The notes beneath the pieces are model-generated. The model was given only the letters and a program-made list of their open reading frames with translations. It was not told where the DNA came from and did no database searches. Shown piece after piece: positions 1-9,286 of a stretch of DNA of 51,673 nucleotides. The number at the start of each line of letters is the position of its first letter. The stretch's first letter is position 1. Location: the NCBI GenBank assembly GCA_016931775.1, contig JAFGEC010000232.1, forward strand, positions 1-51,673, given 5' to 3'. The translations under genes and the position numbers were made by a program. This DNA comes from Candidatus Zhuqueibacterota bacterium. GTDB lineage: Bacteria; Zhuqueibacterota; Zhuqueibacteria; Residuimicrobiales; JAFGEC01.

Positions 1-237
1 AAATTCGATCTCGTCATCTTTGATACGCCACCCCTTGATGCTGCTACTGATGCCGTTGTGTTGGGAAGTCAGGTGGATGCGGTTGCGGTTGTTGTGAGAG
101 CGGGCAAAACCAATTATCATAATGCCAAGGTAAAACTGGAAATATTTCAGGAAATTCCGGCGCATCTTATCGGTGTTATATTAAATGGTTCCGAAACGGC
201 TCTGTTGAATAACTATTACAGTTACTACCATTATTAA
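1..237 (+). CDS. C-terminal fragment of a bacterial tyrosine (BY) kinase / Wzc-EpsB-type ATPase domain (5' end outside window)
   Basis: Frame 1 is open from base 1 to TAA 235-237; it is absent from the ORF track because it has no start. Translation: KFDLVIFDTPPLDAATDAVVLGSQVDAVAVVVRAGKTNYHNAKVKLEIFQEIPAHLIGVILNGSETALLNNYYSYYHY. It shows a Walker-B-like DLVIFDTPP and a C-terminal tyrosine cluster (5 Tyr in the last 8 residues), typical of BY-kinases. Confidence 0.8.
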   Translation, partial: KFDLVIFDTPPLDAATDAVVLGSQVDAVAVVVRAGKTNYHNAKVKLEIFQEIPAHLIGVILNGSETALLNNYYSYYHY

Positions 238-262
238 AATATCAAAAGGGAAAGGGCAGTTT

Positions 263-1222
263 ATGCGATTTCTTGTGACGGGTGGAGCAGGTTTTATCGG
301 CTCTCATCTTGTTGAAAAATTAATTTCCACTAACCATGTGGATATTGTCGATAATTTTAATGATTATTATAATCCGGCAATTAAACGGGAGAATATAAAA
401 AAAGTACTTTCAAGTGATCATGTGAAATTATATGAAGGAGATATCCTTGATTATAATTTTTTAGAATCCATATTTAAACAAAATCAATATGACTATATCG
501 TACATCTGGCGGCCAGGGCGGGTGTTCGGCCGTCCATTCAAGAACCTCTGTTGTACGAAAAAGTGAATATTCAGGGAACCATGCATCTGTTGGAGTTGTG
601 TAAACAGTACCATACTGACAAGTTCATTTTTGCTTCTTCTTCTTCCGTTTATGGGGCAAACAAAAAGGTGCCTTTCCACGAAGATGATTCCGTTGATTTT
701 CCTGTTTCACCCTATGCAGCGACGAAAAAAGCCGGAGAACTCGTGTGCTATACCTATCATAAGCTTTACAATATTTCAATTACCTGTTTACGATTTTTTA
801 CTGTTTATGGCCCCAGACAACGTCCGGATATGGCCATTCATAAGTTTACGCGTCTTATATATGAAGATAAATCCGTACCGGTGTTCAGCAATGGCAAAAG
901 CAAAAGAGATTATACATATATTGATGACATCATTCAAGGTATACTGGCTTCCATCGAAAATTGCAATGGATATCACATTTATAATTTAGGAGAGTCAAAG
1001 ACAGTACAGCTGATGTATTTACTGGAGCTATTACAGAAAGGGCTGGGTAAAAAAGCACAACTCGAATTTTTACCGGATCAGCCCGGTGATGTTCCCGTCA
1101 CTTTTGCCGATGTGAGTCGTGCCAAAGCTGAATTAAATTATAATCCGCAAATTGCAATTGAGGAAGGTATAAATTCATTTATAGAATGGTTTTTGGATAA
1201 TAACAACACTGTGAAAAGATGA
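263..1222 (+). CDS. NAD-dependent extended-SDR sugar-nucleotide 4-epimerase (UDP-glucuronate 4-epimerase-like)
   Basis: 319 aa ORF. Rossmann motif GGAGFIGSHL, catalytic YAATK (YxxxK), and an RFFTVYGPRQRPDMA block typical of UDP-GlcA/UDP-sugar 4-epimerases. A purine-rich RBS lies upstream. Confidence 0.85.
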   Translation: MRFLVTGGAGFIGSHLVEKLISTNHVDIVDNFNDYYNPAIKRENIKKVLSSDHVKLYEGDILDYNFLESIFKQNQYDYIVHLAARAGVRPSIQEPLLYEKVNIQGTMHLLELCKQYHTDKFIFASSSSVYGANKKVPFHEDDSVDFPVSPYAATKKAGELVCYTYHKLYNISITCLRFFTVYGPRQRPDMAIHKFTRLIYEDKSVPVFSNGKSKRDYTYIDDIIQGILASIENCNGYHIYNLGESKTVQLMYLLELLQKGLGKKAQLEFLPDQPGDVPVTFADVSRAKAELNYNPQIAIEEGINSFIEWFLDNNNTVKR

Positions 1223-2676
1223 TATCTGAAAAGGAAAGATTTGTCGCAAATATCATGAAAGGCATGGATTTTGTAATCCTGTTGTTGGCTTTTCCTGCAG
1301 CGTATTTCCTTGATGAGTACATACGGCATATTGCCGAACTGAACGTCAAAGCTTATGCCACCGGACCGACGTTCGGAGGTGCCGCGTTTTTTATGTCCAA
1401 TTATTGGCAAATGTTATTTGGATTTCCGATTATTTGGATTGTACTTTTTTCATTGAACGGAATCTACCGTGATTATCGTATTCAACCCTTTAAAAAACAG
1501 GCATGGCTGATGCTTGTGTCGGGCGTGTGGGCAACCATTGCATCCGGCAGCTTTATCTTTTTATTGAAACTGGAAATGGCCAGCCGCTTGTTTTCCATTG
1601 TGTTTGCTTTTACCGCTTATCTGCTTCTATGTGGCGAAAAGTGGGCGGTGCGATATTTTCTCGATCATATGCATTCAAAAGGATATAATCAAGAAAATTT
1701 ATTGATCGTCGGTACCGGAAAAAGAGCCCGGGATTTTATCCATGCATTAAAAAATCATTCCAATTGGGGCTTGAAGATAGTTGGACTTATTGATGACGAA
1801 CATGGTTTGTTCGGTAAAGAGGTTTGCGGATACCGAGTGATCGGGCGTATCCAGGACATTCCGTTTATTATCAATCGTTTGGTTATCGATCGTGTTATTT
1901 TTGTCGTTCCGCGTTTATGGCTGCATCGTATTGAAGAGGCCATTCTCGCTTGTGAGGAGATTGGTGTCTCAACATCCATTTCACTTGATCTGTATAATCT
2001 CCATATCGCCAGAACACGTCAAACCGATTTTAACGGGTTCCCATTGCTTGAATTCGAAACCTTTTCTGCCAAGGAATGGCAGTTATTCATTAAACGCGCT
2101 TTGGATATTCTTGTTTCTCTTTCCGCTTTACTTTTCTTTTCTCCGCTCATGCTGGCTGTTGCAATTTTGATTAAATTGACATCCAACGGGCCGATTTTGT
2201 TCAATCAAACCCGCTGCGGACTCAAGGGCCGTAAATTTACTCTTTTCAAGTTCAGGTCTATGGTGAACGATGCTGAGGACAGGAAAAAGTATTTATTGGA
2301 AAACAATGAGATGGATGGGCCGGTTTTTAAAATAAAGAGAGACCCTCGTATTACGTCAATCGGTTATTTTTTACGCAAGACAAGTATCGATGAATTACCG
2401 CAATTTTTTAATGTATTAAAAGGTGATATGAGTATCGTCGGACCGCGACCGCCTCTGGAGAGTGAAATAGAGTTGTATGAAATTTGGCAACGACGTCGTC
2501 TAAGTTTAAAGCCAGGAATTACATGTATTTGGCAGGTCAGCGGCCGCAACAAACTGAGTTTCGATCAATGGATGAAGATGGACCTGGAATATATCGATAC
2601 ATGGTCTCTCTTTCTTGACTTGAGGATTATGATTAAAACTTTTTTTGTTGTGCTCATTGGATATGGGGCTGAATGA
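1219..2676 (+). CDS. Initiating polyprenyl-phosphate sugar-1-phosphate transferase (large WbaP/EpsB-type PGT)
   Basis: 485 aa. N-terminal TM helices, a central Rossmann-like LLIVGTGKRARD segment, and a C-terminal bacterial sugar transferase domain with KFRSM, DELPQ and GDMSIVGPRPP. ATGA overlap with the upstream stop. Confidence 0.9.
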   Translation: MISEKERFVANIMKGMDFVILLLAFPAAYFLDEYIRHIAELNVKAYATGPTFGGAAFFMSNYWQMLFGFPIIWIVLFSLNGIYRDYRIQPFKKQAWLMLVSGVWATIASGSFIFLLKLEMASRLFSIVFAFTAYLLLCGEKWAVRYFLDHMHSKGYNQENLLIVGTGKRARDFIHALKNHSNWGLKIVGLIDDEHGLFGKEVCGYRVIGRIQDIPFIINRLVIDRVIFVVPRLWLHRIEEAILACEEIGVSTSISLDLYNLHIARTRQTDFNGFPLLEFETFSAKEWQLFIKRALDILVSLSALLFFSPLMLAVAILIKLTSNGPILFNQTRCGLKGRKFTLFKFRSMVNDAEDRKKYLLENNEMDGPVFKIKRDPRITSIGYFLRKTSIDELPQFFNVLKGDMSIVGPRPPLESEIELYEIWQRRRLSLKPGITCIWQVSGRNKLSFDQWMKMDLEYIDTWSLFLDLRIMIKTFFVVLIGYGAE

Positions 2677-2707
2677 TCGTTACGGCTTTTTTTGATTACA
2701 GCATAAT

Positions 2708-3922
2708 ATGGAAAAAAAATTTAAATTAATGACACAGCAAAAAAAACAATTAAATATTTTAATGATCGCTCCCGAACCCTGGTTCCAACCAAGGGGAACC
2801 CCCTTTAGCGTATTACATCGCATCAAAGCGATTACATCATTGGGACATCATGTCGATTTGGTCACCTATCCCATTGGTGAAGACATACCAATGGAAAACC
2901 TGTCGATTCACCGGTCAATTCGGCTTCCTTTCGTAAAGAAAGTAAAAATCGGACCGTCGTTCGTAAAACTCTTGCTGGACATTCCTTTGTTTTTTAGTGC
3001 ATTGAGGTTGATGTCGCGTAATAAATATGATATTTTGCATACGCATGAAGAAGCCAGTTTTTTCGGAACTCTGCTGGCACGAAAATACAATGTATCGCAT
3101 CTTTATGACATGCATTCCTCCTTGCCACAACAGTTACGCAATTTCAAGTATACGAATTCAAAGTTGATTTATAAACTATTTGAAAAATTGGAAAAAGTCA
3201 CCCTTGAAAATGCAAAGGGTATTATAACCATTTGTCCTGAATTATATCATATGGTGAAGGCGGGTTATCCACAAAAAAACAGTATTCTCATAGAAAACGT
3301 TGGCGACAATTCTCTTGTTTTTGGTAAAGAAACCATAGATTTAATTGCAATGCGGGAAAAATATTCCATAGGAGCCGAGAAAATTATTTTATACTCCGGC
3401 ACATTCGAGCCGTATCAGGGATTGGAATTATTGATCGACAGTGCGCAATTTTTATTTCATAACGATGGTCCAAACGCTCAATATGTCATCGTTGGTGGTG
3501 CGGAGCATCAAATTGAAAAATATCGATCACTTGTAAAAAGCAAAGGACTTGATTCACGGTTTGTGTTTACAGGACATGTTCAACCACGTACCATGCCGGC
3601 TTTTATCGAACTTTCTCATGTGTTGGTGTCACCGAGGCTGGGCGGATCAAATTCTCCCCTAAAAATTTATTCTTATTTGCGTTCCGGTAAACCGATTGTG
3701 GCTACACGGCATATAACACACACTCAAATATTGGACGACAATGTTGCCCTTCTTGCAGAGCCGGATCCCAGTGCTTTTGCTAATGCTATTAAAATCGCCC
3801 TTGAAGATTCAAAACGTAAAAATAGTATGGTTCGGGCCGCCCAAAAATTGGCTCGTGAGCGATATAGCTATGAAGATTATATAAAAAAGACAAATTGGAT
3901 TATACAGCAGACATTGAATTAA
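2708..3922 (+). CDS. GT-B fold glycosyltransferase (GT4-like)
   Basis: 404 aa. N-terminal MIAPEPWFQPRGTPFSV-type GT4 start; the C-terminal half has the G-x-FEPYQG and SPRLGGSNSPLKIYSYLRSGKPIVAT pattern (E-x7-E region) of retaining GT4 enzymes. Confidence 0.8.
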   Translation: MEKKFKLMTQQKKQLNILMIAPEPWFQPRGTPFSVLHRIKAITSLGHHVDLVTYPIGEDIPMENLSIHRSIRLPFVKKVKIGPSFVKLLLDIPLFFSALRLMSRNKYDILHTHEEASFFGTLLARKYNVSHLYDMHSSLPQQLRNFKYTNSKLIYKLFEKLEKVTLENAKGIITICPELYHMVKAGYPQKNSILIENVGDNSLVFGKETIDLIAMREKYSIGAEKIILYSGTFEPYQGLELLIDSAQFLFHNDGPNAQYVIVGGAEHQIEKYRSLVKSKGLDSRFVFTGHVQPRTMPAFIELSHVLVSPRLGGSNSPLKIYSYLRSGKPIVATRHITHTQILDDNVALLAEPDPSAFANAIKIALEDSKRKNSMVRAAQKLARERYSYEDYIKKTNWIIQQTLN

Positions 3923-4696
3923 GTGATGGTCAAAGTTAAAGAACAGCATTATAGTTATCAACTATACAAACAAAAGTATTTTGCACAGGAATATGAAAAA
4001 GATCGGTTCGGTAGTCGATTCGGACAGTATTTAAAAACCAAAGAAGGCTTTATATATGCACGAATGGTTCCGGAATATAAAAGGTTAATCGATGTCGGTG
4101 CCGGAACAGGTAAACTCGCAATACTTCTTAAGCAGCCAAACTCATTTGTAGTGGCAACGGATGCTTCATTGGAAATGTTACGCGTTGCTGCGCAGTTGGC
4201 ACAACAGACGGATAAAAAAATCTCATTGGTAGTTTGTGATGCACATCATTTATGTTTTAAAAATAATTCATTTGATGTTGCTGTTTCATCACGTGTACTT
4301 ATGCATTTGGTGAATTGGAGATCAGCGCTGAGTGAATACTGTAGAATAAGTCGGAACAGTATCATATTAGATTTTCCTTATGCTGCCAGTTTTACTTTTT
4401 TTGAACGTGTAATTCGTAAATTTTTACAGTTTTTCAAAACAGCTCAATGCTACAGGGCATTTTGGCTCAAGACTGTGAAAACTGAATACAAAAAATATGG
4501 ATTTAAAGTCGTACAGTCGGAAAAGTTGTATTTTTTACCGATTTTTTTGCATCGATGTATGGGACGGATCAACTTTTCGGAAAAACTGGAAACCTTTTTT
4601 GCCCGAATTGGATTGACAGGAATGTTTGGCAGCCCTGTTATCCTCCGAGTCGATGCGACAGAGGAAGGAACCGAGAGCGATGACGAGAAATTTTAA
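3923..4696 (+). CDS. Class I SAM-dependent methyltransferase
   Basis: 257 aa. SAM-binding motif I LIDVGAGTGKLA followed by the acidic VVATDAS. GTG 3923 or ATG 3926 as start, directly after the upstream TAA. Confidence 0.8.
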   Translation: MMVKVKEQHYSYQLYKQKYFAQEYEKDRFGSRFGQYLKTKEGFIYARMVPEYKRLIDVGAGTGKLAILLKQPNSFVVATDASLEMLRVAAQLAQQTDKKISLVVCDAHHLCFKNNSFDVAVSSRVLMHLVNWRSALSEYCRISRNSIILDFPYAASFTFFERVIRKFLQFFKTAQCYRAFWLKTVKTEYKKYGFKVVQSEKLYFLPIFLHRCMGRINFSEKLETFFARIGLTGMFGSPVILRVDATEEGTESDDEKF

Positions 4697-6335
4697 AAAT
4701 TATTATGATCTCCTGATAATTGGCGGCGGTATATACGGTGCTGCCATCGCCTGGATTGCCGCCTCTCGTGGATTGTCTGTCGCGCTGGTGGAAAAGGGCG
4801 ATTTTGCCGGTGCCACTTCCGGCAACAGTCTCAAAATTATTCATGGCGGCTTGCGTTATCTTCAGCAATTGGATATTAAACGTGTCCGGGAATCGATTGC
4901 CGAAAGGAAAAAATTGCTTCAAATTGCCCCACATTTGATTCACCCGCTTACCTGTCTTATGCCGACAATCGGATTGGGAATGAAAGGGATGCCTATTTTG
5001 AGCCTCGGATTGCTGGTCAATGATATAATTAGTCTAGACCGCAATATCGGCATGGATGCGGAAAAATATCTGCCGCGTGGAAAAGTTATGTCCCGACAAA
5101 AAATGAAGCAAATATTGCCGTTTCTTTCGGACAAGTACACAGGTGCTGCCTTGTGGACGGATGCTCAGGTTTATAACTCAGAACGGCTGGTTCTTGCTTA
5201 TATAAAATCGGCAAAAAATGCCGGCGCTACGGTTTTTAATTACGCCAAGGTCGATTCTTTTTTACGCAACGGCCGGGACGTGATCGGAGCTCAGGTGAAT
5301 GATTTGATCCAGGGTTTGAATCTGCAAGTTCGAGCCAAAATGACGGTAACAGCGACCGGCCCCTGGACAAACTCGGTTCTCGAATTAACAGGAGAGTCTT
5401 TTAAGCCCTTTATTCCTTCAAAAGCAATGAATATATTATTGAGGCGCCGTATATCCCCTGATTACGCTTTTGCCGTATCGAGCGGTGTGGAATTTCGGAA
5501 TGGAAAAAAGAATTGGCGGAAAAAATCCCGACAATTGTTTATCACACCTTGGCGCGATGTAAGTATTGTCGGGACATCACATTTGCCGTATAACGGATCC
5601 ATTGAAAACTTCCGGATAACCATAACAGATATCCAGGATTTTTTGCTTGAACTGAACGAGATCCTGCCCGGTATCAATCTGGATGAATCCGACGTCTCAT
5701 TTTTTCACGGTGGTGTGTTGCCGTTGGCAAAACATCCGGAGCCGGACAAGGATGTTGAGCTTTTAAAACATTATAAAATTATTGATTTTTCAAAAAAAAT
5801 AGGTATCGGTGGATTATCCAGTGTCATCGGGGTAAAATACACGACGGCACGAGATGTGGCCGAAAAAGTTGTCGAATTTGTGATGTCCAAGTTGAATTTT
5901 CAGTCGGCAAATAAAATATTCAAAAATGTGATAGGCGGAGAAATTTTAAATTTCAAGCAATATATGCAAAGTGTTGAATCCGAAAGGCCGGGTAACTTGA
6001 GTGAGGATACCATTCGGCAGCTTGTGCTGAATTATGGAGATGAGTATCGAAAAATTGTTCAACTCGTTGGAAAAAATCCTTTGTTGGCGGAAACCCTGAA
6101 TTCGGCTGTCATTACAGCGCAAATCGTTTTTGCTGTTCGCGAGGAAATGGCTTTCAAGCTATCGGATGTTATTTTACGGCGCACAGAACTGGGTTCAGCG
6201 ATTTGTCCGGAAGATAATATATTACAAAAATGTGCAAAGATCATGGCAAAGGAACTGGGATGGTCTGCCGAACGGACTGAGGCAGAAATTGAAGAAGTAA
6301 AGCAGTTTTATACAGCAGCAGATAAGAGAAATTAA
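4680..6335 (+). CDS. FAD-dependent oxidoreductase of the GlpD/GlpA (glycerol-3-phosphate dehydrogenase-like) family
   Basis: DLLIIGGGIYGAA dinucleotide fold plus SGNSLKIIHGGLRYL, resembling the SSKLIHGGLRYL signature of GlpD. I place the start at ATG 4680 (MTRNFKNYYDLLIIGGG) rather than the track start 4626. It overlaps the methyltransferase stop by 17 nt. Confidence 0.75.
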   Translation: MTRNFKNYYDLLIIGGGIYGAAIAWIAASRGLSVALVEKGDFAGATSGNSLKIIHGGLRYLQQLDIKRVRESIAERKKLLQIAPHLIHPLTCLMPTIGLGMKGMPILSLGLLVNDIISLDRNIGMDAEKYLPRGKVMSRQKMKQILPFLSDKYTGAALWTDAQVYNSERLVLAYIKSAKNAGATVFNYAKVDSFLRNGRDVIGAQVNDLIQGLNLQVRAKMTVTATGPWTNSVLELTGESFKPFIPSKAMNILLRRRISPDYAFAVSSGVEFRNGKKNWRKKSRQLFITPWRDVSIVGTSHLPYNGSIENFRITITDIQDFLLELNEILPGINLDESDVSFFHGGVLPLAKHPEPDKDVELLKHYKIIDFSKKIGIGGLSSVIGVKYTTARDVAEKVVEFVMSKLNFQSANKIFKNVIGGEILNFKQYMQSVESERPGNLSEDTIRQLVLNYGDEYRKIVQLVGKNPLLAETLNSAVITAQIVFAVREEMAFKLSDVILRRTELGSAICPEDNILQKCAKIMAKELGWSAERTEAEIEEVKQFYTAADKRN

Positions 6336-6357
6336 ATCTTGAATTAGGGAGAACATC

Positions 6358-7374
6358 ATGTCAACGAGAGCTCTGGTTACAGGTGCCTCCGGTTTTACCG
6401 GGGGATATATGGTGCAAAATCTTATCGACCATGGCTATAACGTTCGCGTTTTCATTCAATCGACCAGTCCGATCGAAAAGTTAAAACAACAGGGTGTAGA
6501 ATTTGCATTTGGAGACGTTCGCAACCTCGAAGAGGTGGAAAATGCATGCGATGATATTGATGTGATCTATCACATCGCGGCGTTATATCGAACAACCAAT
6601 GTCCCCGATTCAGCCTATTGGGATGTAAATGCACTGGGAACAGAAAACATAATGAAAGCAGCAATTACAAAGGGTGTAAAACGTGTTCTACATTGCAGTA
6701 CCGTCGGCGTACACGGGCACATCGATAATCCACCTGCTACAGAGGAAGCCCCGTTCAATCCGGGGGATGTCTACCAGGAATCCAAGCTGGAAGGTGAAAA
6801 AATTGCGTTACATTATTATAAAACCAAAGGCCTGCCGGTTACGGTCGTACGCCCGTGTGGGATTTATGGACCGGGTGATTTTCGTATGCTCAAGTTTTAT
6901 CGATTAATCCAAAAACGCCGATTTGTTATGTTTGGCGATGGAAACGCCCTTTACCATTTAACCTATGTGACGGATACGGTGGAAGGATTTCGTCTAGCTG
7001 CGGAACATCCTGCTTCCATCGGTCAAGTTTACATCATTGCCGGCGACACCTATTTTACTCTGAACCAGTTTGCAGAAACCGTTTCAAAAGAGCTTTGTGT
7101 TCCTCCGCCACGGTTTCATTTTCCCGTTATGCCAATTTATGTCTTGTCTTATCTTGTAGAAAAATTCTGCGTTGCGCTGAGGACACCTCCACCCATTTTC
7201 CGCCGGCGGGTGGATTTTTTTACAAAATCTCGAGCCTTTGATTGCATCAAAGCAAAAAAAGAGTTACACTATCAACCAAAAGTCGGGATACAGGAAGGAA
7301 TCCGGAAAACAATCGCCTGGTATATTCAAAAAGGTCTGCTTGCGCCGGTAGAAGGATATCAAAAACCAGAATAA
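6358..7374 (+). CDS. NAD(P)-dependent epimerase/dehydratase/reductase (extended SDR)
   Basis: 338 aa. TGASGFTGG Rossmann motif and YQESK catalytic YxxxK. AGGGAG RBS upstream of the ATG. Confidence 0.85.
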   Translation: MSTRALVTGASGFTGGYMVQNLIDHGYNVRVFIQSTSPIEKLKQQGVEFAFGDVRNLEEVENACDDIDVIYHIAALYRTTNVPDSAYWDVNALGTENIMKAAITKGVKRVLHCSTVGVHGHIDNPPATEEAPFNPGDVYQESKLEGEKIALHYYKTKGLPVTVVRPCGIYGPGDFRMLKFYRLIQKRRFVMFGDGNALYHLTYVTDTVEGFRLAAEHPASIGQVYIIAGDTYFTLNQFAETVSKELCVPPPRFHFPVMPIYVLSYLVEKFCVALRTPPPIFRRRVDFFTKSRAFDCIKAKKELHYQPKVGIQEGIRKTIAWYIQKGLLAPVEGYQKPE

Positions 7375-7384
7375 AGGAATAGCC

Positions 7385-8119
7385 ATGCAAAACGAACCTA
7401 TCGGTATTCAACAGGATTTGAATGATCCCAGGGTAGGGAAAATCGCCAAGTATCAAAAGCTCGTTATCGGTAAAACCGGTTTGAGGGCTTTGTTCAAATA
7501 TGAGTTTATTATTATGCTATGCGGATCAATGCCCGGTGCGTTAGGATTATTTTTGCGATCAAAATTATACCCTATTCTCTTGGGATCTGTCGGTAGGAAT
7601 GTGGTTTTCGGTATGAACGTTACATTACGCCATCCCGAAAAAATTACAATCGGTGATAATGTCGTTATTGACGATAATTGTCTTTTGGATGCCAAAGGCA
7701 GTGAAAAATCAGGGATAAAAATCGGCAGTGGCATATTTCTAGGTCGCAATACGATTGTCAGCTGCAAAGACGGTACCATCGAAATAGGCGATGGGAGCAA
7801 TATCGGTTTTAATTGTGAGATATTTTCCGCCAGTCGTGTCGTTTTGGGTAAAAACAGCCTTTTAGCAGCGTACTGCTACGTGGTGGGTGGGCAACACACG
7901 TTCGATAGAACAGACATTTCTGTTTTGGAGCAGGAACGTAAATCTGTTGGTATAACAATCGATGATAACGTCTGGTTCGGCGCCGGCGTAAAAGTAATGG
8001 ACGGTGTGCACATCGGACGTGATACGGTCGTTGGTGCCGCAGCATTGGTCCGCGACGATCTGCCTGAATTTAGTATTTGTGTAGGTATTCCAGCAAAAGT
8101 GGTGAAAAGCCGAAAATAA
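7385..8119 (+). CDS. Left-handed beta-helix (hexapeptide-repeat) O-acyl/acetyltransferase
   Basis: 244 aa. Repeated [LIV]-G-x4 hexapeptides (ITIGDNVVIDDNCLL, IKIGSGIFLGRNTIV, IEIGDGSNIGFNCEI, ITIDDNVWFGAGVKV, VHIGRDTVVGAAALV). Confidence 0.85.
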   Translation: MQNEPIGIQQDLNDPRVGKIAKYQKLVIGKTGLRALFKYEFIIMLCGSMPGALGLFLRSKLYPILLGSVGRNVVFGMNVTLRHPEKITIGDNVVIDDNCLLDAKGSEKSGIKIGSGIFLGRNTIVSCKDGTIEIGDGSNIGFNCEIFSASRVVLGKNSLLAAYCYVVGGQHTFDRTDISVLEQERKSVGITIDDNVWFGAGVKVMDGVHIGRDTVVGAAALVRDDLPEFSICVGIPAKVVKSRK

Positions 8120-8138
8120 AATAAACCAAGGAGTAAAT

Positions 8139-9266
8139 TTGGCGCGTAGCAAATATAATATTCTTCATGTCATTGATAAATTTTCCATGGATGGCGTGAA
8201 CCCCAGTAGTTGTGCCTATTTAATTCGAGATTGGTTTCGATATTCAGACAGGTATATGTTTCAGGTAATGGCATGCGGTATTAAAAAAGCCGAACCTGCC
8301 GCAAAAATTTACGAGCAGGAAGGTATGTCCTGCTTTTTCCTGGGTAATGGAAAATATTCCTTGCGTAATGTATCAAATCTGGTACGCTTGATTAATGAAA
8401 AAGGCATAAATATTGTTCATCTGCACGGTTACAGCTCTGCTAATTTTGGCAGGATAGCTGCACGTCGGGTCAATATCCCCAATATCGTCCATGAACATGC
8501 CGTGCTTAGAATTTTACCGCATCAATATATGGCCGATTATTTTTTGCGAAATATGACCGATTCCGGTGTGGCTGTATCACAGGCCGTAAAGGATTTTATG
8601 AATAAAGGTCGGCATATACCCGAAGATAAAATCCATATAATTTGGAATGGAATCAATCTTGATAATTTTAAAAAAAGCGGTCCTCAAGCTGTTAGTCATT
8701 TAAAGAAAGAATTCAACATCTCGGATGACAAATATTTGTTGGGAACGATCACGCGATTTCGTGAAGAAAAGGGAAACGAGTTTTTAATTAGGGCGATGCC
8801 CAGAGTGGTAAAGCGGCATCCCGGGATTCTGTTGCTTCTGGCCGGTGAGGGACCGCTGCGTGAGAAATTGACGGCGCTGGTGAATACACTGGGCTTGCAG
8901 GATCACATAAGGTTTGTCGGTTTTCGCGAAGACATCGTGGATTTTCTGAGTATGGTCAATCTTGTGGCTATTCCATCACGGATTGAGGGATTTGGATTGG
9001 TAATGGCTGAGGCCATGTCGGTCGGAACGACTGTTGTATCCACCGATGTTGGTGGGCTGCGGGAAATCGCAAAACACGGACAGGACGCATGGCTTGTCCC
9101 TGCAGATGATCCTGATGCTTTGGCGAACGGTATTATTGAACTCGTTGAAAAACCGGAATTGGCATTAAAACTGAGAGAAAATGCCCTTAAATCCCGTCAG
9201 CGATTTGGTATACAATCCAACGTCGCTCAACTGGAAGATTTGTATAAAAAGTTATTAAAAATATGA
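8139..9266 (+). CDS. GT-B fold glycosyltransferase (GT4-like)
   Basis: 375 aa. TTG start 8 nt after AAGGAG. C-terminal PSRIEGFGLVMAEAMSVGTTVVSTDVGGLREI (E-x7-E motif). Confidence 0.85.
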   Translation: MARSKYNILHVIDKFSMDGVNPSSCAYLIRDWFRYSDRYMFQVMACGIKKAEPAAKIYEQEGMSCFFLGNGKYSLRNVSNLVRLINEKGINIVHLHGYSSANFGRIAARRVNIPNIVHEHAVLRILPHQYMADYFLRNMTDSGVAVSQAVKDFMNKGRHIPEDKIHIIWNGINLDNFKKSGPQAVSHLKKEFNISDDKYLLGTITRFREEKGNEFLIRAMPRVVKRHPGILLLLAGEGPLREKLTALVNTLGLQDHIRFVGFREDIVDFLSMVNLVAIPSRIEGFGLVMAEAMSVGTTVVSTDVGGLREIAKHGQDAWLVPADDPDALANGIIELVEKPELALKLRENALKSRQRFGIQSNVAQLEDLYKKLLKI

Positions 9267-9286
9267 CCAAACGCGGAGGTCTCTAA

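Noticed and set aside
4626-4679. N-terminal extensions given by the ORF track (4626-4679, 17975-18001, 22895-22945, 34847-34930, 39979-40020, possibly 38562-38570).
   Set aside because: The extensions overlap the upstream gene substantially and precede the conserved family N-termini (GxGxxG, IPFYNE, KIAYFLN, KILHFTSS). Internal ATG or GTG starts give the 4-17 nt overlaps typical of the rest of the locus.
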